Assembly: GCA_003693705.1 (NCBI GenBank)
Contig: RBZT01000765.1
Coordinates: 1-46,625 of the forward strand
DNA length: 46,625 nt
DNA from: Polymyxa betae A26-41
Lineage: Eukaryota; Protista; Endomyxa: Phytomyxea
Direction of reading: 5' to 3'
Part shown: in pieces, positions 24,982-36,800 of the stretch
Layout of the letters: each line of letters begins with the position of its first letter
Position numbering within the stretch: position 1 is the first letter of the stretch
Position numbers and translations under genes: made by a program
The notes under the pieces: model-generated
What the model saw: only the letters and a program-made list of their open reading frames with translations
Told to the model about the DNA's origin: nothing
The model's database searches: none

Positions 24982-27300
24982 TTAAAACGATCTTGGGCAG
25001 ATATGGGCCTTGGATAGCATTTGTTGCGACAAGGCTCTTCCATGACAACAAACGAGACCGAATAAGTCCTGGATGGGAATTCGACTGCCCAGCGCCCATT
25101 GCAGAACAGCCTGAGATTCGTCGAGGCGATTTGTTAACAGAAGCATGGAATCGACATCCAGATTGATTAAATCCGCGATCTGGATTTGCAGGAGATTTAG
25201 GTCGATCCCATAACGAAGATCGGAGTCCTTTTCAAGAGAAATCGACTGGCTGTATCGGAATGAGATAATACCGTATTCTTCCCAGAGCCTGTTAAGAGCG
25301 GTTAGCATCAATTCACCAGCAGCCCCTTATTAAAAGAAGATAGAGAGGCACTTCAAACAATTTGATAAACAAGAGCTGCGACCGACTTTTGGGACTGCTT
25401 AGAGGAATACAACTGAATTTCATCTGGAACCAGATCTGATATATCAAAAGGTCTGGTTGGTGAGCAGGCCGTCTTCAGCTCTGGACACAATCAATGTGAA
25501 AGTTTGATACAAAAAAACAGTGAGACCTGTAAAAGATCGCGATAGTGCCTCCTTGTCGAATCCACGCCCGATTAACACGAGAGACATCTCGGGTGCCCTT
25601 TCCCATCGCAGAGCCTCCGTTATATGCACACGGCGACGTCCGCTCAGTTGCAATTCGCGATACGTCGATTGCTCGTGTGACAGCCATACAAATCCTAAAC
25701 GAAAGATCAACTTCCAGAGCTGGAGATTATACAAAGTGATCACACCTTTCATTCGACTAACGCTCTTTGGCAATGCAAACGCTATCCAATCCTGGAAGCA
25801 CGACAGCTGGAGTGGAATATCGGATACCAGCACGAGGGAATCGAAATCATCAGCGAGGATACCGGAGGGCTGTAGCTGAGCCTGGCGCTCCCTGGCCAGA
25901 CGAAGACTACCACCAACCGCTGACATCGAAAAAGTTGGAGATTGAAACGACATGTTATCATGAGACACGACCTGCCCTGCATACAACATTCAGCGAGAAC
26001 GAAACGACCTCAGATTTTCGTAAATCAAATGTTCATAAAGCTCGAAGTTCAGAGGCAAAAGTAATTTTCTGAAGGGCGACATAATCGTTAGAAAACCATA
26101 ACTGACCAACTACAGGGTCTAAATCAATATCCAGCACAGCACGCAATGGAACGCGACCGAAAGTCGAAGTCAGGATACGAACATCAGGGACGACCTCTTG
26201 CACACGTCGAGTAATGGCATCAATTCTAAAGCAATGTTGACAGAGAATGGTGCGAACAGGCCAGGCCGAGACGTACTGGTCCGTGCTGACCAAATCGATC
26301 TTGTTGATGATGACGACATCAGCTGAGCGAAGCTGATTCCAGGCTACTTTCGAGCTGGCGACCATTTCGGAACTCGCACCGACATCGGCATCGATCACGG
26401 TGACAACTATACAGAGATTGCTTCAGCGATGTATCGATCTCTCGTTAAGAATGAGAAGACGGTACCGCAATCCAGGCGGCATCGAGTGGTCTTCCCGAAT
26501 TTCCGATCGAGTTTGGCAATAATTTGAGTCGGATCTGTGACCCCGCTGGAAAATGTAAATAATACATTCAGAGAAAGTTAGATTGGAGACCTTGTTTCGA
26601 TGACAATAGCATCTGGAAAATCGCCGGATTCTTCTGGATTCAGCGTGCGCCAAATGGCGTCCTCGAACTCGGTCCCGATAGATGCGATACAGCACATACC
26701 TGCAAAAGCAAAATCAGAGAGCGATAGAAATTGATAAAAAATTCAGCAGCTTAAAACCAGGTCGGAAAACAATAAAAAAGTCATATAAATCAACAAAATC
26801 GTACATCCATTGGAAAGTTCGATGACATCGTTGGGGCGAGTACGTCGCACAAGCGAGGCATCGATATTGAGTGCAGCGAAATCGTTAACAATGGCGGTGA
26901 TGATGAGATTGCTTTTATTCGTCAGAATATGTTTCAGCAATGTTGTCTATAAGAGTCAAATCAGCGCTCCGAGAAACTAGAACGAATAGAGCACTTTTCC
27001 ACCACCAAGCTCGCCCTGCAATCAAAGTAAGAAACTACCAACGTGCTCCCAAATTAAGCTTTGCAACAAAGAAACGTGTGAATCAAATGTAGAAATTCTA
27101 AGCAAATGAAATTTATCAGCCAAGAAGCTATCTAATTACAGAAATTAAGGTGGCAGGGCAGATGCGACGTTCATTGATGCTGGCAAAGACGACCCGATCT
27201 TCGAACCTGCCTTTATCACTCTGCGATGCGTACTAACAATGACAGATGGCTCTATCACTGACCTATTGAATAGATTCACAGTCGATGCTTGAAAATCCAT
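24982..27300 (-). CDS. COG0523 / CobW / ZNG1 zinc-metallochaperone GTPase (5' end approximate)
   Basis: GELGGGK|TTLLKHIL (G1), AIVNDFAALNID, ELSNG|CMCC (CxCC metal motif across an intron), IVIETS|GVTDP (G3), ADVVIINKID (G4), CobW_C RMKG. First exon and C-terminal exons uncertain. Confidence 0.9.
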
Positions 27301-27595
27301 ATCGGCTTTGGAAAACACCGTATTCTGCCTCAAATTCGTGTCTCGCTCAGAATTGATTGGGCGATTTCCAAGAAAAGAAGCATTTGTTGATTCAGCATTA
27401 CTTGTGGGAATACTCAGCTGTATGCAATGATGATGGCTGTATGTGCAGCAAATGGCCTAAGGAATGCCGAAATAACAGTCTTGATAAAAACGTCAAGAAA
27501 TTCCAACAGGTTTCAAGAACAATCTCGCCAAATAATGAGACAATCTGTCTGCAGAATTTATTGATCACATCAGGTGGCTCTCTGAGGCACAACAT

Positions 27596-29376
27596 CTATT
27601 GGTCCTGCATGTCATCTGGATTGATTTGCTTGCTAAGGTCCAACTTCGAGCCCGTAATTCGCTCATACATCTCAATGACATCAATGGCATCTTGCTGGAA
27701 GTGCGACGTAGGGTCAAGCGACTTTGTAATAAAGACCTGTAGAGGATATGATGCAAACGATAAACGAAAGACCTCGATTCAAACCTTATCATTGATGCCG
27801 TCACCAGCCGGAGCGTACATATCTGTTTCAAAGTAGAAGTCGGCAAGAATCGGGCCGAGCAACTTCACCCCGAATTCAAGCTCTTTGCGAGAATTGCTGG
27901 TTTCGCAAACAGAGGTAACCATGGCGACGAATTTCCCTAAAGCATGGCTAAGAATAAAGAACGTTATTGAGGTTATAAAAAATTAAATGAAAGGTTGAAA
28001 TTCTGCCGTATCAATTCCTTGAAAAAAATACTGAGAGGGAGCATTTCAAAATTATACCTTGAGCAGCAACACAATGGCCAGCAGACACAACAGAAATGTA
28101 GATGTCATGCTTTCGTCCAGTATGCTTAAAAGGAATAATAATCTGACACGAATCGGCATCCGGGGCGGTACCATCAACAGGATGGTCCAGAATAAACAGC
28201 CATCGTGCAATTTTGCCAGTCTTCACCACCTAACGATAGTAAGACCATTATCTCAAGTGACATCAGCGTTTACTGGCACCTTTCCGGTATCAGCAAAATA
28301 AGATGGATCAGCAATGCAGATTTTTGCTCGAGCTTCTTCGCCATTGGACTTGATGCCACGGAACTGACCGTTATCGTCATAGAGAACTTCATGGACAGGG
28401 CGGTTGAGCATGAAAACACCACCATGAATAGCAGCAAGGCGTGAAAATCCCTCAGGAAGACCGCCCAGACCATAGACAGGGTAAATGAATGGGCTGTTGC
28501 CAACTTCGGCCTGGCTGGTCATCAAACTCGTGGCATAGAGTTGGCACTTCTCGATAGTGTCTGATAGAAAACAAAATCAGCAATTGAAAAAGATATTGCC
28601 TGAAAGGAGCATACCGAGAGCTGGTTCCTTTAAGTAATCGTCGGTAGTGTGAAGAGCGATAGCGTGACCAACGAAAGCTTGAGTGTTGTCATCCAAGCCC
28701 CAGTAAGTGTACAGTTCGGATGTTAAAATCTCGGCTGCGTTCTTTCCCTGATAAGTACTCGGGTCATTCTGGTCATAGCTCGAGACAAACTAGCAAGCTG
28801 TTAGAAGATTGATTTGGAAGCAACAAAGTCGAATTACGGAAAGGAATTTCTTAAATCTGTGCTTTTGGAACATGCCCATCAGACTGGAAGCAGCTGCCTC
28901 CTGGACACGGGCGGGCACCTTATGAATGGTCCCGTCTTTGTAAACATACGATCCAAAAATGGTTTTGAACTGCAGATACCGGGTAACCTTTGAAAGCGAG
29001 CATGAGAATAAACTTTAAATCTCTGAGCGAAAATTCACTTCACCTTCGTGCAGAATAACATTTTCACTAAGTTTCCGCAACGCATAATGAACTTGGGGCA
29101 GAGATCAACACAGTAATAGCGAGATTGCCCTTCCGTAAAAATCAGCAATGGCAATCATAGCAACCGAAGCAGAGTACCAAGCTTCTGCTCGTCTGGTGTG
29201 CTATCCGGTTTGAATTTCTTATAAAGCTGGTTCAGATTCAAAGAAGCTCCTTCACCGCCGTAGTAGTCATTGCGGTCGAGATGGAGAACCTTCTTGCCGT
29301 TGACTGAGAGCAGACCTGAGAGTATGCACTCCTTCAGGCCGGTGCCCATGATGATGACATCATAATCCTCATCCAT
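27596..29376 (-). CDS. GDI1: Rab GDP-dissociation inhibitor
   Basis: [100 protein letters not shown]...DQ* (stop 27596-27598). Confidence 0.98.
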
Positions 29377-30887
29377 TGCTAGACGATAGTACTATAGAGA
29401 ATGAGAGAGCAGTCCTCCTCGGAGAGTTGAAAGGCCTCAGCCTTTCAGCCCTCTCGACACATAGGCACGTAAACATAGGCGCAAGAAAATTTTGCCGTCG
29501 CAGATATTCATGCGCGTTGGGAAAAATAATCAAATGTCGCGACAGAATCAACAGGATGGTTGTCGAGAGGTACTGTAGTTGAGATTTATGACTCTAAGGA
29601 TTCCTCCAATAGAGACGCGTACAAATGGACTGCAAATGGAGAACCGGTTGGCGATTCTTAGCTTAGCCGGGAGGGGTTACGAATCGATATTTACCTATTC
29701 GACTGATTAATTGGATAAACACGCCTGCCAACGCAGTATGGATGATGTTTATCTTTATGGAACAGAGAGAATATCAAAGAACCCGGATCAATGATTATCA
29801 TTGTGCAATAGAATTATCTATTTTAATTGTCAGAAAATCCCTTGATTGATATAAACGGTGTCATTTGAAGATTACGTCTCATCTCCACTTGGTGGATCTT
29901 ATAGGCACATTTGTAATTGGCGAGCAATTCCCTGACAGATAGGCATTATCGCTCATTGACTTCATCATCTTCGCCTTCTTTCTGGTTAGATCAGCAGCAT
30001 CTTCGCCTCCCTGTTAGTTTGTTCTAGTTCATATATGAAGTTCGGTAGCCAATTCAGAAATTTCTTGTTTGAAAGCAGAAAATACGAAAAATACTTTCTT
30101 CTTTGATTTGAGCTGTCGAAAGATTATGTCGCCGTCATGCCCGCCTTCCTTCATTCCGAGAGAAGACCAAATTGACTTAAGCATTGTCCCATTTTACAGT
30201 GATCTCTCACTATGAGCGATAGTCCGATTGCTGACAAATGTCAATGTTACAAGCGCCTCAATGCGAAAATGAAGAATTCCCCCGATTATATTTTCATCTG
30301 AGGCGATATTCGAACTGAAATTACGTTCGCGATCGAGGAAGTAGGCGATCTAAGAACGAGTGGGGAGTATGTGGACAACTTGATGGTCGACATGACAAGA
30401 AACCCTATGTTACACAGTCCCGAACAACAAAAATAATGCAGTAGGTGATATGTAGAATAAATGATGTTATCTCTTTGTATTAAGCGGTCATAATGGGTGG
30501 GATGGGAGCGCCCAACATTCTAATACACCAACAACAAGCCCAGGACAACTCGCCAATAATCCAGACCGAGCTCATGCCCTGCATCGTCTGATTCCGAATG
30601 ATACCGTCACTCCCGCCGAACGTCTTTTTGTGTCTCTGGGAGTGTCGTTCCCCGGCCACGTCTTATCGCAGAACGCTGTCTGGAGGGTGGGCGCAGCCCA
30701 TGGGGTGACCCCCGGACCCCGTGAGCCCGGCACGTCTCCTCCTATCAGCACTGGAAGATTCACCGCGTCCGTCGGCTTTCCTGTTGTTGCGTGGTCGTCA
30801 GCAGTCATGAGGAGAACACCAACTCAATTGTGAAACTAATAGCGGAGAATCCGCTTCGTCACGACTCATTCTCATCATTCTTCGTCA

Positions 30888-33800
30888 ATGTCTCGCTCGT
30901 GGTTCCCATCCTTGCTGCCTTTGCTGGCGGTCTGCACGATCGCAGCCGGTCCAAATGCGCTCTTTTCAGGGCCCCCGACAGTCCTTCAAACCCGCCTTTC
31001 TGTCCTGCAGTCCCAATTCGTACCAGAGGTCTCGCTTGCAGTCACGCGGTTGAAGCAATCTCGCCTGCCATGTTCCATATCGAACGCAGCCTCAATAGAG
31101 GTCCCGCAATCCGCAGTCGAACTCCATCCAGGTAAAGTCATCACGGATGCGAAACGTCCCTCGGGGAAATCTGTACTACCCCACCAACCAGGCTCCACCG
31201 TAGGAACCGAATCTGATCGCTGTAAAGTGTTTCTGACCCACGCTGATCCTCAGGATGATGTCGAACGGCAACAGATCGCGGAATTCGTTCGCCAGCACAA
31301 CGGACAACGTCCCATTCAGCGCATTCTGATCGCCAATAATGGTATCGCTGCCAAGAAATTCATCATGTCCGTCCGTCGCTGGGCCTACGCCGCCTTTGGC
31401 CATTCGTCCATGATCCAGTTTATCGTGATGGTGACCCCCGACGACCTGGCCGCTCAAGCAGAATACATCCGACTCGCCGACAGTCATGGTAAGTAACGTA
31501 AGCCATTAGGGTTTTCTCGAATGAAGCGTTTGCAGTCAATGTCCCCGGCGGGTCAAATCAGAACAACTACGCGAATTTGGACATTATCACGTCGGTCGCG
31601 AAGACGTACAATGTGGATGCTGTTTGGGCTGGATGGGTATTGGCTCGAGAGTTTCTGGCTGTCGTTTTGATCAACCTTCATGTTAGGGCCATGCCAGCGA
31701 GAACCCATTGCTGGCGGACGCATTGACGGCCATGAATATCGCCTGGATCGGGCCGCCATCGAGTGCGATGCGCGCCCTCGGTGACAAAGTTGCCTCGACC
31801 TTGATCGCTCAGAGCGCTGGTGTTCACTGCGTTCCATGGAGCGGGACTGGACTCGACCCGAAATTCACCTCCGGAGAGGAGATCGACCCTGTGGTCTACC
31901 GTCAAGCTTGTATTGAGACCGACGAGGAAGCTGTGAAGCATGCTGAACGAATTGGATTCCCTATCATGATCAAGGCCAGCGCTGGAGGTACTCACAAACA
32001 GCTATTAATCATGCCAACCAGCATTATCATTATATAGGTGGCGGTAAAGGAATTCGTAAATGTCAAAGCATAAGCGATGTTGCTGCTGCATTCCGCCAAG
32101 TCCAAGCTGAGGTCAGAGTCTTGTAATGATGAATTGGTACTTGTTGCTTATATGAGCAGGTTCCCAATTCGCCCATTTTCTTGATGCGTCTCGTCAATAA
32201 TGTTCGTCACCTTGAAGTGCAGCTGCTAGCGGATTCTCATGGTAACACGCCGAAGCCGTTTGAAACTCCATCTGAATCGATTCGCAGGGAATACGATTGC
32301 GCTTCACGGCCGGGATTGCTCGATCCAGCGACGTCATCAAAAGATTATCGGTAAAATGCTTGACTCGTTTGTTTTCTTACTCAACTGATCGGCTCTGTAG
32401 AGGAAGGGCCTGTAATTGCAGCTCCGCCTAATATCTGGTCAGAAATGGAGAAATGTGCCATTCGCTTGGCCAAAGCCGTCGGCTATGTTGGTGCAGGTAC
32501 AACGCAGTAACTGCTTCTCAGTCATTTTCTAACTGAACAACAGGGACGTTGGAATATCTATATGATGAAGTCAACCAAGAATACGCTTTCCTTGAGCTGA
32601 ACCCGCGTCTTCAGGTAACGCTTTAATTGTGAATTTTAGTTAAAAATGATTGATGTTTTTTTTTTCAGGTGGAACACCCTGTTACCGAGCTCATATCCGG
32701 AGTCAATCTGCCTGCAGCCCAGCTGCAAATTGCTATGGGCATTCCCCTTGATGAGGTACAGATCTTGTTTTCTAGTTGAATCGGAAATGACGGTTGATTT
32801 TCAGATCCCTGAAATTCGAAAGCTGTACCCAGACTCTGGGCGAGGTATGCTTTGTTGAGAGGTGAATCCAATGAGACTCACTTTGTTGTAGGCGAAATCG
32901 ATTTCGATAACACTCCGATGGTGAACCCGAACGGTCATGTTATTGCTTGCCGAATCACAGCCGAGAACCCGAACAAAGGATTCCAACCTACATCCGGTCA
33001 ATTACAAGAACTGAAATTCGAATCATCGCCCAATGTTTGGGGCTATTTCTCCATTGGTAGCTTTTGCCTGTTGCTTTTCAATCATAATCTCAATCTCTTC
33101 AGGTGCTAATGGCGCCATTCATAACTACGCTGATTCTCAGTTTGGTCACGTATTTGCTGTCGGCAGCGATCGCGAAGAGGTTTGGGCAACACCCTGTGCT
33201 GGCTGCCCTTCGATGCTGATTTTCATGGCTAGGCTCGTAAGCAAATGGTTTCGGCTTTGAAATCAATGTGAGCTGCTCCGAATGCATTGTAAGAGTTCTC
33301 GTTAACACATCAACAGGTCGTACCGTGGTGACATCAGCACAACCATCGAATATCTTCTGGCCATTCTAGAAACCGACGATTACAAAAGTTTGCAGATTTC
33401 GTGTTTTGTCGATGCAGACTGATTTCTACTGTAGATAATCTCATCACTACCGAATGGCTTGAATCGCAATCACAAACAGCTGCGGTGGCCCCTCAGTTAT
33501 CTGAGAAAGTATCCAGTGAGTTGCTGACTCCTGTTGGCTGTTCACCACCTTTAACCTAACAAACAGCATTGTTACCTGCTGCCCTCTTCGCCTGGGATTC
33601 CTTTACCAAGGCTCGTGCGGAATTGGAAGCCAAGCTTCAACGTGGCCTCCTGATTGACAGCTCCGCTTGTTCGTCGATCTGCTCAGAGGACGTCGTTCTT
33701 CGTCGCAATGGCCTCAAGTATCACGTCAAGGTAGTTTCACTCTTGCGATCTGTTCAGCTGATGTTCATGACGGCTTCTAGGTGTCTCTTACTAATCTGGA

Positions 33801-36800
33801 TACCATGATGCTCTCGATCAACTCAACACAATACGGCCCTATTCAAGTCTCCGAATTGATTGGAACCAATGTGACTAATTCAGTCTATCACCTACAACTG
33901 CTAACGCTCTGCCTTCCAGAACCTCATTCTTAGTTTCGAAGGTCGCTCATACCATATCTTCTCTCATTCGCCCAACCAGTTGCGAGGTTCAGCATCTATC
34001 CGCTTCCTCGTTCATCGTTTTGATTTCTTTGAAAGTCTCCATCGATGGTGTGACGATTACCTTTGAGGAGGAGATTGAACTCGATTTGGTGCGTTCAATG
34101 TTCTCTGGCAAGCTTCTTCGTTTTGCCGCTGAAGATGGCGCCCATCTGAAAAAGGACGATGTCGTCGCTGAGATCGAGTGCATGAAAATGTAATTCGACA
34201 TCCAACATGTTTCATTCTCCTGAATTGTTTCTTCTTCTAGGCTCATGATTTTAACTATGCCAGCCAGTGGCCGTTTGCAGTTGCTCAAATCGGCCCCCGG
34301 AGACGTCAAGCCCAGAGACCTACTGGCCCGTATTCACTTGGATGATCCAAGCCTGGCCACACAGGTCGTGCTGTACCTTGAATCGACCTGCTGAAGTTGA
34401 ATCTGCGTTTAGGCCTCGTTCCGTGCATTCGACGGGTTATTCGATGTGGAACCAGCTCCTACAGCCGTATCGAATTTCAAGAACGCCGAACTGGTCAGAA
34501 CTGTCGTTCATGACGCATTCAGATTCTGAATCTCCCGTTTAGACATTACAGAGTTGCTTGAAGGGGTATGCGATCGAAATCGAACAAGCTCTTGATGCCA
34601 TTCAGACGCTTTTTGATGAGGCCCACGGACCAGCTATCGTCTCAGTTCTTCTAAGAGAGGTTGGTTTGTAGCCCAGACCTGTTCGTCCTCCCTTATTGCA
34701 ACCTTAGACTGTGTCCTCTTTCTACGGTCGCGTTAATTCCAGCATCATATCGCGCTTATTTTCGCTTATCGACCGATTCTCTGAGCAAATGGCTTCTTGG
34801 TAAGTTTCCATCTGTTTCGCGAACCTCATTTCGCTGATAATTCAATCAGCAATGGATGTCTGCCTGTTCTGCCAATTAACGAGATGGTAGCTCTGCTGGA
34901 CGGCCATGAAGATCTCCAAGATCAGGTTCTGAAGTTCTCTCGTTCGTCTTCGAGCCTGGTCGTCGACACCATTCAATCGCTGTTCGGGCAATATGCCAAC
35001 ACCGAAGAGGACTTCGTCGGGCGAGACGTCGCCTTCACGCTGAAGAACCTGTCGGCGTCGTTGGCACCGCGCGCCCTAGCACAGAAACTGCTGGCTCACT
35101 CTGCCAAGAGTACCACGTCTTCTGTCATACTGTCCCTTCTCGAGGCCGCCGTCAACGAGCTCGGCTCAGATGCTGCTCAGCTGTTGCCCTCAATCGAACG
35201 TTTGACCAAGATTCCTGAAGTTGCTCGTGCGGCAAGCAAAGCTTTGATCAACCTTCGTCGAGACCTGTTGATGCATGGTGATTTCCCCGACGATTACGTC
35301 ACCCGCGAACAAGTACGTTTTGTGATCTTGTTCGGTTTCTCATTGCATTAATTGCTCTGTTTTCAGATCAAACTGTCACGCAGCCTTCAAGCTTTGATCA
35401 CTTCTGTCAACCAGCCTGATGCGTTGTCTTACTTCCTCAGTGTTGTGTCGACTGAAGCTCTTGAAGAGGACGTCGTTACTGGACTCTTACCGAACGGCGG
35501 CATTCTTAACAGCAAAATCGTCACATTTTACAAGCCTTCTCTCCGAGTATGTTGATTGTCTCAAATTTATTCTCAATTCCTTACTTTTTATAGCGCCTTT
35601 TAAAGGATTTTCCTCATTTGGTGTCGCATCCTGCCGACTGCTTCTATTTCCTGGTGCAATCGGATTCGACTTTATTCGGTTCTGAAGATCAGATGTCGGA
35701 CACCCTGTTGGCGTTCGTCCAGGTTTTCAATAACGACTATCTCCTTGGTCGCCCTGTGACCTTCGGCGTCATTGATCCCGAAAACCTGACGCTCCGCCAA
35801 TTCACGTTCACCAGCTCGGAAGAAAACTACTCCGAACTTTCACATCTTCGATCACTGAACCCTTCGGCCATTTCCTCACTAGGTAAAATCTCTTCGTTTT
35901 AAAAGGAGGCTCTTTTCAATAGTAACTTGTAGAGCTCGAGCGTCTATCTGATCTAAATGCCAAATGGACATCGCATTCGATTTCTCCCTCCGTTGGTGTC
36001 TTCAATGTAACGAACTTCTTTTTACTGTTTTCATCTTGTCTCTAATCCAGTCTTTAGGCACCGCTTCCGGATGGTAAATCGCGGGCCTTTGTGCGAGGAT
36101 CTTTACAATTCCTGGAGCCCATCATTGACTCGGATAGTTTGCGAGAACTCTCGTTCCAATTCGATTCGGTCGTCCGCGCCATCGTCGAATACGACTTCAG
36201 TCCGACATCCCGCCATAACAACGTCTTCCTTAATCTTGATATTCATGCGGATTGTAAAGATGTGAAACCAACGATCGAAGATGTTATTCGAAAGTAACGA
36301 TCAAAATCGTTTCCTTCGATCGACTTTAACATGATCTCAGGTATGCTGTGAATCTGGAGAAGATCCATATCAGCTCTGTGGAAGTTCGCATCCGTGATGC
36401 GTCCAGAATCTCAGCTCCAATCATGCGTCTCGTCTTCACTACAATGCCCGGTATGCAGGATCGCTTTTTTTTTCTTCCGAAGATTTTTTTTCATAACTGA
36501 TGTGCTGCAATTTTTTTGTTAAATTCGCTTCGTAATCATCATCTTTTCTTGAGCTAAACATTAATTGGCGATTATGCAGGTGTTGGAGTTATAACCGACA
36601 CCTACCAAGAGGTCGGGTCGAACCCTCCCAGATACCGATCGGAATCACCATCGACCCTGTCGGTCCTCGATAAGCACTCAATGAGCTTTCCGATCGAACT
36701 CAGGGAGCGCTCTGCCCCGCTTGATGGCCGATCCTGTCTGGAGCCATATTCGGCGCCATCCAAAGTTGACATTCGGAGGGATCTTGCCAGGGTAAACTTT

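Noticed and set aside
29600-30850. Short ORFs and a small catcttcgcct repeat between GDI and ACC
   Set aside because: Most simply a divergent promoter/UTR region; no coding or element signature.
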